NCBI RefSeq assembly: GCF_003918875.1 | Contig: NW_025766002.1 | Coordinates: forward strand, 1,302,001-1,366,000 | Length of the DNA: 64,000 nt | Direction of reading: 5' to 3' | Origin: Haliotis rubra | Taxonomy: Eukaryota | In this document: piece by piece, positions 48,562-60,567 of the stretch | Layout of the letters: each line of letters begins with the position of its first letter | Numbering within the stretch: position 1 is the first letter of the stretch | Position numbers and translations under genes: made by a program | Notes under the pieces: model-generated | Database searches by the model: none | The model's input: only the letters and a program-made list of their open reading frames with translations | Told to the model about the DNA's origin: nothing

Positions 48562-51085
48562 TAATAATAATAATAAATATGCATTTATAATGCGCGCAAT
48601 CCAGACAGATATGCCTGCTCAAGGCGCTACAAGGGGATTGTATAAAGATAAAAGTCAGGGAGTGTTGACTGGATTTAAATGTCACTATGATACTTGGAGA
48701 ACATATGGGTCTTTAGCCTTGATTTGAATTTCTCAAAGGTTGGACACAGTTTCAACTCTGATGGAAGTGAGTTCCAGAGGATAGGGGCAGTGCTGGAGAA
48801 GGATCTGTATCACATTGATAAATGTCTTCAGTCGATATTTAGGAACTTGGAGGAGATTTTGGTCACTTGATCGGAGTTTACGTGCTGGAGTGTGTGGAGT
48901 CAAGAGTTCAGATAGATAGTCAGGGCTGGTGTTATGGAGGCATCGATATGTGATAAAGAGAAGCTTGAACTCTATTCTAGCTTTTAATGGCAACCAGTGG
49001 AGGTCTCTGAGCACTGGTGTCATGTGCACATGTCTTGGTGTTCTTGTGATGATCTGTGCTGCAGAATTTTGCAGCACCTGTAGCTTAGATAGCAGTTTAC
49101 CACTGATGCCCTGAAGCAAACTGTTGCGGTAATCTAGTCTTGATGTTATTAGACCATGGGCAAGTACCTTTGCAACTTCTTATTAAATGTCGAATGTTGC
49201 TGATGGATCGGAGATGATAATAACAGGTTCGGCTGATGTGGGTAACCTATTTCTCCATGGATAGGTGTGCGTCCAGAAATACTCCCAGATCTTTAAGGTG
49301 GTCACTGAGAACTATTTCCGTATCCGCTATCAGAATGGATTGTTCTTCTACTCTGGCCAACTATTGCTTAGTGCCAATCAGCATCACCTCTGTTTTTTCT
49401 CCATTCAGTTTTAGCTTATTTGCTGTCATCCATGACTTAGTTGTTGCCGTACAATCAGACATGCGGTGGAAGAACTCCTGAAGGTTCTTGGGTTTGAATT
49501 TGTCCATCATTTGTGTATTGTCAGCATATCCATGGTGAAGAAGCTTGAGGTGTTGGATGATGTTAGCCAGATTTGCCGTGTACAGCGTGAAGAGTATCGG
49601 ACCTAAAACAGATCCTTGTGGAACACCACAGTGTAGTTTGACGAAATCGGATTTTTCATTGCCGATGATAACTGCTTGTCTACGATCTTCCAAGTAGGAT
49701 GAAAACCACTTGTGGCAGTTACCACGGATGCAAGATTCAACCAAAAGACGGCTTAGGAGAACTTCATGGTCGATGGTATCGAATGCCGCTGGCAGATCGA
49801 GCATGACAAGGGAAGCCATGAAGCCATCATCCAATGCAGACAGTAGGTCATTGAGGACACGTATCAGGGCTGTTTCGGTGCTGTAATATTGGCGGTATGC
49901 GGATTGGAACTTGTCAAGGATAGTATTGACAGATAGATGGACCTTTAGCCTGGTGTTGACAGCTCTTTCTAGTAGCTTGGACAGGAAGGAAAGGTTGGAC
50001 ACAAGTCGGAAGTTCTTAGGGTCATTAGGATCCAAGTTCGGCTTTTTGAGGTGAGGTCTCACAACTGCCTGTTTAAAGTGAGAAGGAAATATTCCAGATT
50101 TCAGGCTCATGTTTACAATTTCTGTTATGATAGGAAGCAGCTGATCTAGTAGCTGCAACAGAATCGCTGTTGGGATCGGGTCAAGGTCACACGTTGTAGG
50201 CTTGGGAGCAGTTATGAGGTCAGAAATCTCATTAGAGGAGAACGGATGAAAGTTAGTAAGTGGTTCACCACTGAAATTCTGTGATGATATGAGATATGAT
50301 ATGTGTTCAGCTTGTGAGTCAGTTTTGAGTGTATTTCTTATCTTGTCTATCTTGGTTATGAAGAAGACATTGAATGACTCAGCGAGGGCTTTCTGGTCTG
50401 AGAAAGAAGGGAGTCTACTATCGCTGTTCTTGCCCAGCCGTGATTTCATGAACCTGTGCATATTCCTGGGGTCTCGTTTTGAATTCTGCAGGGTATTCAG
50501 ACAGTGCTCCCGTTTAGCTTGGGATATAGCTTTAGTTGTGTTGTTTCTAGCCTGACAGTAGAGTTGCCTATGAACTTCAAGATGGGACTTACGCCATTTT
50601 CATTCAGACGTTCTTCGTAGAGATTTCGCTTCCTGTACCTGTTCATTATACCATGGAAGACCGTGACGGTGAGTTATTTTCTTCTCCGTGGGAGGGGTAT
50701 GTGTATCGAGCAGCTCATGTAGTGTCAGGTTGTACAACTGTACAAGCTGGTTACATCCTAGGGAGTATCTTTAGTCAACAAGTCTGAATATTCTAGGTCT
50801 GCCCGAAAAGCATCCATGTCAATGCTCTTCAAGCTTCTACACAGCACGTATTTGTGGTCGGGTTTTGGTTTATGAAGGTTGGTGTTAACAAGTACAAGGT
50901 GGTGATCTGACATCAGTCTGTCTTCTACTGACACGCTGGTGATGATGTTAGAGTCATCACGAGACAAAACCCAGTCGAGAATGTTTCCTGATTTGTGTGT
51001 TGCCTTATCAACGTGTTGCTGAAGACCGTGCGTATGGAGGAGAGATACGAACTTTTTCACATCAGGTTTATCTTCATAAACATCG
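48562..51085 (-). mobile_element. 5'-truncated L2/CR1-group LINE, inactive
   Basis: Endonuclease end (THKSGNILDWVL, SDHHLV), RT (FRLVSNLSFLSKLLE, QSAYR, AAFDTIDH, GVPQGSVLGP, YADN instead of YADD), L2-type C-terminus LHWLP...RKLRS and an (ATT)n tail. Absent from the paralogous flanks at about 55840 and about 61150. Confidence 0.92.
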
Positions 51086-53794
51086 TGCAAAGCAGCGACG
51101 ATAAGCTCAACTCACTCACAACTCACTCACTCACTCTGAAATGTCCATGTAGCAGAAATAGGAATGAACTGATTGTAATTTTGACAGGTGCTGCTCAGTC
51201 GGTTACAACATGTGCAAAATATCAGCTGAAGAGTTTTGTCCGTGATAACATTAACACTGTACTGATGAACTGCACTTTGAAGCAGACATAAAGTATGAAA
51301 ATGTGCGTGTCGAGAACCAGATATTCAAGAGTTCACACGTCGGTTTATGAATAACAGTCTTAAAAGTATATTAAAGATTATTTGAAGTTTCAGACAGAAT
51401 CTGAAGAAAAACTTAATAGCTCGACTAAAACCTATATCTTATTATAGAGATGGATGTCTTTAAATAATGTTGTTAAAATGGTATTTTTTACGACTATGAA
51501 CGGAAGTTGTTTCAACTTGAACACGTTAAGTAATGTATGACTTATTAATGCTGTATCTCCAGACTAAAGGGGTGTGGTTCTACATCACTTTAACTGTTAC
51601 TTATGATGCCAACATGGCTTCGCGCCGGCAGAAAATGATATCACTGTCGGCTACAGCAATGTCAGCACAAAAGCCCTGCTTCTGCAGTGAACATAAAACT
51701 CGCATCAGTATACTATCACTATTTGTAAGTGCACTAGCTGGAACCTACCCTTGAAGAATAGCTTAACAAAATACACAGCTTCCAACCCAGAAAAGAAAAA
51801 AAGCTTGAGCTGTCGAGTCACAAGAGCTGTGCTTGGTTACCATGCAGGTAGCAGAAGTACCGTAAGTCCTTAGTCATTATATACTTATGTTAAATATTTA
51901 CCTGTGATTTCTAGTTCTTTTACTGTCTATTCTGGACTCAATCACTGACTGAAAGGATGAATTAATAATCTCTATCACACGGTGATGATATCAAGTTGTA
52001 AGCAAAAAGGTGAGCGTACCCTGTCCCATCGATGACAGTACTACAAACACATGCAAAGGAACGGCAATTGTTCACCCGAACACTCAAATGTATTGCAGGT
52101 AATTTCTGTCACTCTTATATTACATTTTGAAATATTATTTCCTCCTTATTTTACAGCAAAACCTTTGAACGCTTTCCAAAGACCTTCATTGTTGTAACCC
52201 CTGTTCAAATATGACTGGCGTATGAACATCAAAACGACTTCAAGCAAGGACGACAACTCTATTGCCATTTCATTCCAACAGTCATAAACATTGCTGAAGC
52301 ACTCGAGAGTTTCTGCTGTTAAAAACAATTAAGCTGTTTTAAACAATTACAATGAAGATGATTACCAGCTGTATACCATATATTTCCAAAGGTATATTTC
52401 TAAATAAGATTATTTTCATTCCTGCTGTTATAAGTCCCCCCAAAATAAACAGGTTCAGAGTATTCTCAAATTGAAGAATACGTGGAGTGTCCAAATATGA
52501 TTTGGTTTACGGGATGTCTAGCAGTTGTCTCACCCTGCATGTTCAACATTGCTTCCATAAACCTTTAGAAATTTAAAATAAATACGTTGAAAATAGTGTG
52601 AAGGACTGCAAGATACAGAAGTTACAAAGACCTTATCAATTAGGAAATTCAGCACTTCATATAGTGGGGTTTTGTTTGTTAAATACAATTCAAATGAAAG
52701 TTACAATCTTTTCTTGACAAATTTTCCTAAACCTTTGAAGAGAGACATGTAACTACTAATATACAAATATATGGTCCCCACGTTCAGTGATAAATGGCAC
52801 ATACATAATGGAATGCAGTTTTTATTAAGTCTGTTGTGCGACATGGTGGTTTACAAATATGAAAATCAATTGTTTTGACAACGTTGAACTTGGTACTTAC
52901 AGAATTACAAAATTAAAGTAGGTCAAGCAGAGGTTATGAGAATCCACAGTACATTGTTTATGCTTATCTGAAATACTTTCAGCGTTTATAATGTTGTTAA
53001 CGGGTGCGCTCGTCACACCAAACATCCGGGCCCTATTCCCACATGGGCGATGCAAATTTCTGTCTGGTGTCCCAACCCGTGATATTGCTAAACATGGCGT
53101 TAACCCTCGCTACTCACTCACTCATTCACCCACTGCTTCAGAGCATTAGAAATTTTGGTTAATGCTTGAGACAGGGGTTTCTAATACATTGCTCGACACA
53201 GCAATTTATCTTTCTTTGTGCTTATGTTTCTAAAGTTTTTATATACCAGTACAAAAGTAAACTGTGTTTTAGACAAGAGTCAAAAGTTGATAGTACTAAT
53301 GCTTGGTTCAGTTAGATTTATTCCTCCTTTAACAAATGGCATAATACACAATGTTCATTTCTGGGAAATCAAAACACTGTGCTCATCTCTATAAATTAAG
53401 CCCGTCTGCCTACTCTCAAGCCTGTCCTCAAAAACGGGTTGGCATGTCTTTCAATTAGATTCGCTGGTGTTTTGTTCTAACATTTTCTGCATTTCTGAAA
53501 GTTACACAAACATTTGGCTGCAGTGAAAATGTCAACATGTTTCATTTTCAGTGACTAATTCAATACTTTCGTTATCATGACCGTGCAAAATTAATATTGC
53601 GTTTTTCGCGTCTACGTGTACAATCTGGATTCTTCATTTTCTGTGTGATATAATCAGTCTGGAATGTGTTGATGTACGCATTTCTTCCAATGATAAGAAT
53701 TCAAGCTGGTACAAATAAGGTAAGGCACGTGTTACGTTATCTATAAAAGTTCTCTTATATACGACTGCGTTTCACTGCATACACCAGAAACAAC

Positions 53795-55237
53795 ATGCAT
53801 TTCACATCAACGGTATGCTTTCTTTTGGCTTCAGTTCTCTGTGATTGTGCAGAGAAACCTCACATTGTGTTTATAGTTGCTGATGACCTCGGATGGAACG
53901 ATGTTGGATTCCGGAACCCTCAAATGATCACCCCTAACCTGGACAGACTGGCTACAGCGGGAGTCATCCTAAACTCTTCCTACGTCCAGCCTCTATGTTC
54001 GCCCTCAAGAAACTGCTTCATGTCAGGATATTTCCCCTATCACACAGGACTACAAGATGGCGTTGTTGGGGTAGACGAAGCAAAACACCTACCGGCCAAT
54101 CTAACAACAATCCCTCAGAAACTGAAACAACTTGGCTATGATGCTCACATGGTTGGGAAGTGGCATCTTGGTTTCTGTAACTGGCAATATACACCCACAG
54201 AGAGAGGCTTTGACTCCTACCTTGGATATTACGGTGGTGACGAAGACTATTTTAACCACTCGAGAATGGCAGTCAAAGGTGAAGTAGGACTGGATTTTCG
54301 CTATAACAAGACTGTGTATAGAGACGCCAATGGAACGTATTCTGCAAACGTGTTTGCGGACAGAGCTATTGAAATCATCGAGAACCACGACAACAGTAAG
54401 CCACTTTATCTGTACCTTCCATTCCAGTCTGTACATGCACCTCTTGAAGTTCCAGCTAAATATGAAAACATGTACAAAAACATAGAAACCATAAGCAGAA
54501 GGATCTATTGTGGAATGGTGACTGCGTTAGACGAAGCTGTTGGCAATATCACTCAGGCATTAGAAGAAAAAGGTCTCATGGACAATCTATTGTTAGTCTT
54601 TACAACTGATAACGGTGGCCCCACGTATAGAGCATCTAATAACTTGCCTTTACGGGGAGCCAAAAATACTCTCTGGGAAGGTGGGACGAAAGGAACAGGA
54701 TTCATCTACAGTAAAAACCTTCTCAAGAAGACGGGCTACCTCAACACTGGAATGATGCATGCTGTGGACTGGTACCCGACCTTGGTGGAGCTGGCTGGTG
54801 GAGAAAACACAGATCCCAACATGGACGGAGTCAGTCAGTATGACATGCTCATCAATGGTGGACCCAGCAAGCGGAATGAGTTCGTCTACAACATCTATGA
54901 CAACAGGGAAGCAGCTGCAATCAGGTACGGAGATCTCAAACTCATGCAAGGGAGTCCGGGAGATCACAATGGTTGGGCTCCTTTGCCACATCTGGGAATT
55001 GATGAACGTATCTATGAAGCTGATGACCAGAAGTTCCCTCCCTTCATGCTCTACAACATTACTGCAGATCCAACCGAACACTTCGACCTCTCAGCCAAGT
55101 ATCCTGATCTACTGGACATGATGAAGAAGAGGCTGGAGAACTGGAAGAAATCCCGTGTCCCGGCCCAGGACCCTTCTCATGTACCAAGAGCGAATCCGAA
55201 ATACTATGGCGGAGTATGGAGTCCTGGATGGTGTTGA
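53795..55237 (+). CDS. Arylsulfatase B-like copy 10 (480 aa)
   Basis: Intact ORF with signal peptide and all sulfatase motifs. Confidence 0.95.
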   Translation: MHFTSTVCFLLASVLCDCAEKPHIVFIVADDLGWNDVGFRNPQMITPNLDRLATAGVILNSSYVQPLCSPSRNCFMSGYFPYHTGLQDGVVGVDEAKHLPANLTTIPQKLKQLGYDAHMVGKWHLGFCNWQYTPTERGFDSYLGYYGGDEDYFNHSRMAVKGEVGLDFRYNKTVYRDANGTYSANVFADRAIEIIENHDNSKPLYLYLPFQSVHAPLEVPAKYENMYKNIETISRRIYCGMVTALDEAVGNITQALEEKGLMDNLLLVFTTDNGGPTYRASNNLPLRGAKNTLWEGGTKGTGFIYSKNLLKKTGYLNTGMMHAVDWYPTLVELAGGENTDPNMDGVSQYDMLINGGPSKRNEFVYNIYDNREAAAIRYGDLKLMQGSPGDHNGWAPLPHLGIDERIYEADDQKFPPFMLYNITADPTEHFDLSAKYPDLLDMMKKRLENWKKSRVPAQDPSHVPRANPKYYGGVWSPGWC

Positions 55238-55974
55238 CACAAACTAAGATGGGATGCACATTAAATATTCAAGAAATGCTTTTTCGCATTGATTTTCTGT
55301 AAATGATATTGAATTAAACCGCAACGTTGCATGCGACTGCATTGTCTATTAACGAACATTTGGTGATTACTTGAAGAATATATAAACAGTGTAATGATAC
55401 ATACATTTGAGTCTTGATATTACCTGGTTTTTCTTCATTACGTGCACCTTCTCGTGTGACGTAAGGGGCGACCGTAGGCATCAGATGGTCAGAGATTCAC
55501 TAAAATGATACAACATCCTATAGGACATGTAAGGTTTACGTATATATCGTCATTCATTACTGAAAGTGGCGTAAAAGCGAACGCTTTAACCACTAGGCTA
55601 CCCCACCGCCCCTTGATATTTTGTGAAATGTCTGGTGAAAATTTGAGAGTAATTTTCAACAGACAATTTGCAAGTATTACTTTGGATCCCATTTATCTAA
55701 ATTATGCACAGTTTGCGTCCAATAGATGCGCTTCGATCGATAGGTAGAATGACTAAGTCTCTCATTCGCCCTGAAAATTGCCTTTGGTAGTTTATCAAAG
55801 AAATACCGATTAGTCGGGGCTTGATTGTTCCATCAAGCTGGCGTACTGTGAAATAGCTTCATTGTCGTTCAAAGCAGAGGCGTTAAGCTCAACTCACTCA
55901 GAACACCCTCACTGTGAAACATACAATAGAAATAGGAATGAATTGATTGTAATTTTGGCAGTTGGCTCTATGGT

Positions 55975-56202
55975 GGTATGGTGATCAGCCTTCAGTTGCT
56001 GGTGATCTATAGCACGTTTTATATTGTATTGTTGTCTGTAGTTATTTTTTTTTAAGGTAGCGTAATAGTTTTAGATTTAGAGCTGTGATACTCTAGTAGT
56101 TTTAACTTTATTGATATATGATATAATCATTAATTGTTCTCGTCACGATATGGCTGAAATATTGCCGAAGTGACGTTAAATATTAACTCACTCACTCACT
56201 CA
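55975..56202 (+). mobile_element. 3'-end fragment of a retroposon with (CACT)n tail (duplicated at 61279-61543)
   Basis: TSD ctctatggt. The 3' end cgtcacgatatggctgaaatattgccga.gtgacgttaaa+(cact)n resembles the SINE A/B tail. Confidence 0.7.
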
Positions 56203-58575
56203 CTCTATGGTAGCGTGAGTGGTGGCTGCTCTTCGCCGTTCATGCTGTTAGGTTGTTTACAACATGTACCAGATATCAGTTGAAGAGTTGTGTCCGTGAT
56301 AACATTAACACAGTACTGACAGAAGCCATCACTTTGAAGCAGCCGTAAAATATGAAACTGTTCGTAGCCACGCAACAACAAATGTGCGTCTCGAGAACCA
56401 GATATTCAAGAGTTCAAGCGTCGGTTTATGAATAACACTCTTAGAAGTATATCAAAGATGATTTAAAGTTTCAGACATATCTCACTGAAGAAAAACTTAA
56501 TATCTCGATTAAAGCCTATATCTTATTATAGAGATGGATGTCTTTAAATAATGTTGTGGAACTGTTAGTATCTTACGACTATGAACTGAAGTTGTTTCAA
56601 CTTGAACACGTTAAGTAATGTATGACTTATTAATGCTGTATCTCCAGACTAAAGGGGTGTGGTTCTACATCACTTTAACTGTTACTTATGATGCCAACAT
56701 GGCTTCGCGGCCGGCAAAGAATGATATCACTCTCGGCTACAGCAATGCCAGCACAAAAACCCTGCTTCTGCAGTAAAAATACAACTCGCATCAGTATACT
56801 ATCACTATTTCTAAGTGCACTAGCTGGAACCTCCCCTTGAAGAATAGCTTCAAAAAGTACAGTGCTTCCAACCCAGAAAAGAAAAAAAGCTTGAGCTGTC
56901 GAGTCACAAGAGCTGTGCTTGGTTACCATGCAGGTAGCAGAAGTACCGTAAGTCCTTAGTCATTATATACTTGTGTTAAATATTTACCTGTGATTTCTAG
57001 TTCTTTTCCTGTCTATTCTGGACTCAATCACTGACTGAAAGGATGAATTAATAATCTCTATCACACAGTGATGATATCAAGTTGCAAGCAAAAAGGTGAG
57101 CGTACCCTGTCCCATCGATGACACTACTACAAACACATGCAAAGGAACGGCAATTGTTCACCCGAACACTCAAATGTATCACAGGTAATTTCTGTCACAT
57201 TTTGAAATATCCGCCTTGTTTTACAGCTAAACCTTTGAACGCTTTCCAAAGACCTTCATTGTTGTAACCCCTGTTCAAATATGACTTGTCAAATGAGACG
57301 TTTTTGGAAACGTATGTAGGCATTGGTGAGCCACTCGTGGTATTTCGAGACAAACCGAATAAAGACTCGTGTCAATCTGGAAGGATTTCATATTGGCGTA
57401 TGAACATCAAAACGACTTCAAACAAGGACGACAACTCTATTGCCATTTCATTCCAACAGTCATAAACATTGCTGAAGCACTCGAGAGTTTCTGCTGTTAA
57501 AAACAATTAACCTGTTTTAAACAATTACAATGAAGATGATTACCAGCTGTATACCATATATTTCCAAAGGTATATTTCTAAATAAGATTATTTTCATTCC
57601 TGCTGTTAAGTCCCCCCAAAATAAACAGGTTCAGAGTATTCTCAAATTGAAGAATACGTGGAGTGTCCAAATATGATTTGGTTTACGGGATGTCTAGCAG
57701 TTGTCTCACCCTGCATGTTCAACATTGCTTCCATAAACCTTTAGAAATTTAAAATAAATACGTTGAAAATAGTGTGAAGGACTGCAAGATACAGAAGTTA
57801 CAAAGACCTTATCAATTAGGAAATTCAGCACTTCATATACTGGGGTTTTTGTTTGTTAAATACAATTCAAATGAAAGTTACATTCTTTTCTTGACAAATT
57901 TTCCTAAACCTTTGAAGAGAGACATGTAACTACTAATATACAAGTATATGTATGGTCCCCACGTTCAGTGATAAATGGCACATACATAATGGAATGCTGT
58001 TTTTATTAAGTCTGTTGTGCGAGATGATGGTTTACACATATGAAAATCAATTGTTTTGACACCGTTGAACTTGGTACTTACAGAATTGCAGTAGGTCAGG
58101 CAGAGGTTATGAGAATCCACAGTACATTGTTTATGCCTGTCTGAAATACTTTCAGCGTTGTTAAGGAGTGCGCTCGTCCCGCCAAACATCCGGGCCCTAT
58201 TCCCACATGGGTGATGTAAATTTCTGGTGTCCCAACCCGTGATATTGCTAAACATGGTGTTAACCCTCGCTACTCACTCACTCACTCACCCACTGCTTCA
58301 GAGCATTAGAAATGTTGGTTAATCCTTGAGACAGGGGTTTTCTAATACATTGCTTGACACAGCAATTTATCTTTCTTTGTGCTTATGTTTCTAAAGTTTA
58401 TATACCAGTACAATAGTAAACTGTGTTTTAGACAAGAGTCAAAAGTTGATATTACTAATACTTGGTTCAGTTAGATTTATTCTTCCTTTAACAAATGGCA
58501 TAATACACAATGTTCATTTCTGGGAAATCAAAACACTGTGCTCATCTCTATATTAAGCCCGTCTGCCTACTCTCA

Positions 58576-58745
58576 CTGACTGACTGACTGAGTTTAGTTT
58601 TACGCCGCTTTTAGCAATATTCCAGCAATATCACGGCGGGGGACACCAGAAATGGGCTTCACACATTGTGCCCATGTGGGGAATCGAACCCGGGTCTCCG
58701 GCGTGACGAGCCAACGCTTTAACCACTAGACTATCCCGCCGCCCC
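58576..58745 (-). mobile_element. SINE family A, young insertion specific to the copy 11 unit
   Basis: The empty site cctactctcaagcctg is intact at about 53408-53424. Confidence 0.9.
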
Positions 58746-59124
58746 TCAAGCCTGTCCTCAAAAACGGGTTGGCATGTCTTTCAATTAAATTCGCTGGTGT
58801 TTTGTTCTAACATTTTGTGCAATTCTTAAAGTTACACAAACATTTGGCTGCAGTGAAAATGTCAACATGTTTCATTTTCAGTGACTGATTCAATACTTTC
58901 GTTATCATGACCGTGCAAAATTAATATTGCGTTTTTCGCGTCTACGAATACAATCTGGATTCTTCTTTTACTGTGTGATATAATCAGTCTGGAATGTGTC
59001 GATGTACGCATTTCTTCCAATGATAAGAATTCAAGCTGGTACAAATAAGGTAAGGCACGTGTCACGTTATCTTTAAAAGATCTCTTATATACGACTGCGG
59101 TTCACTGCATACACCAGAAACAAC

Positions 59125-60567
59125 ATGCATTTCACATCAACTGTATGCTTTCTTTTGGCTTCAGTTCTCTGTGAGTGTGCAGAGAAACCCCACATTGTTT
59201 TTATAGTTGCTGATGACCTCGGATGGAACGATGTTGGATTCCGGAACCCTCAAATGATCACACCTAACCTGGACAGACTGGCCACAGCGGGAGTCATCCT
59301 AAACTCTTCCTACGTCCAGCCTCTATGTTCGCCCTCAAGAAACTGCTTCATGTCAGGATATTTCCCCTATCACACAGGACTACAAGATGGCGTTGTTGGG
59401 GTAAACGAAGCAAAACACCTACCGGCCAATCTAACAACAATCCCTCAGAAACTGAAACAACTTGGCTATGATGCTCACATGGTTGGGAAGTGGCATCTTG
59501 GTTTCTGTAACTGGCAATATACACCCACAGAGAGAGGCTTTGACTCCTATCTTGGATATTACTCTGGTGGCGAAGACTATTTTAACCACTTGAGAATGGT
59601 AGGCAAAGGTGAAGTAGGACTGGATTTTCGCTATAACAAAACTGTGTATAGAGACGCCAATGGAACGTATTCTGCAAACGTGTTTGCGGACAGAGCTATT
59701 GAAATCATTCAGAACCACGATAACAGTAAGCCACTTTATCTCTACCTTCCATTCCAGTCTGTACATGCACCTCTTGAAGTTCCAGCTAAATATGAAAACA
59801 TGTACAAAAACATAGAAACCATAAGCAGAAGGATCTATTGTGGAATGGTGAGTGCGTTAGACGAAGCTGTTGGCAATATCACTCAGGCATTAGAAGAAAA
59901 AGGTCTCATGGACAATCTATTGTTGGTCTTTACAACTGATAATGGTGGCCCCACGTATACGGCTGCTAATAACCTGCCTTTACGAGGAGCCAAGACTACT
60001 CTCTGGGAAGGGGGAACGAAAGGAACTGGATTCATCTACAGTAAAAACCTTCTCAAGAAGACGGGCTACCTCAACACTGGAATGATGCATGCTGTGGACT
60101 GGTACCCAACTTTGGTGGAGCTGGCTGGTGGAGAGAACACAGATCCCAACATGGACGGAGTCAGTCAGTACGACATGCTCATCAATGGTGGACCCAGCAA
60201 GCGGAATGAGTTCGTCTACAACATCTATGACGACAGTGAAGCAGCTGCAATCAGGTACGGAGATCTCAAACTCATGCAAGGAAGTCCAGGAACTCACAAT
60301 GGTTGGGCTCCTTTGCCACATCTGGGAATTGATGAAGGTATCTATGAAGCTGATAACCAAGTGTTCCCTCCCTTCATGCTCTACAACATTACTGCAGATC
60401 CAACCGAACACTTCGACCTCTCAGCCAAGTATCCTGATCTACTGGACATGATGAAGAAGAGGCTGGTGAACTGGAAGAAATCCCGTGTCCCGGCCCAGGA
60501 CCCTTCTCCTGTTCCAAGATCGAACCCGAAATACTATGGTGGTGCATGGAGTCCTGGATGGTGTTGA
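59125..60567 (+). CDS. Arylsulfatase B-like copy 11 (480 aa)
   Basis: Intact ORF with signal peptide and all sulfatase motifs. Confidence 0.95.
   Translation: MHFTSTVCFLLASVLCECAEKPHIVFIVADDLGWNDVGFRNPQMITPNLDRLATAGVILNSSYVQPLCSPSRNCFMSGYFPYHTGLQDGVVGVNEAKHLPANLTTIPQKLKQLGYDAHMVGKWHLGFCNWQYTPTERGFDSYLGYYSGGEDYFNHLRMVGKGEVGLDFRYNKTVYRDANGTYSANVFADRAIEIIQNHDNSKPLYLYLPFQSVHAPLEVPAKYENMYKNIETISRRIYCGMVSALDEAVGNITQALEEKGLMDNLLLVFTTDNGGPTYTAANNLPLRGAKTTLWEGGTKGTGFIYSKNLLKKTGYLNTGMMHAVDWYPTLVELAGGENTDPNMDGVSQYDMLINGGPSKRNEFVYNIYDDSEAAAIRYGDLKLMQGSPGTHNGWAPLPHLGIDEGIYEADNQVFPPFMLYNITADPTEHFDLSAKYPDLLDMMKKRLVNWKKSRVPAQDPSPVPRSNPKYYGGAWSPGWC

Noticed and set aside
49361-50461. Active RT linked to sulfatase diversification (DGR-like or retrocopy machinery)
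   Set aside because: It is an ordinary 5'-truncated L2 with frameshifts and YADN at the catalytic motif, it is inserted in only one spacer, and I found no template-repeat/variable-repeat pair.
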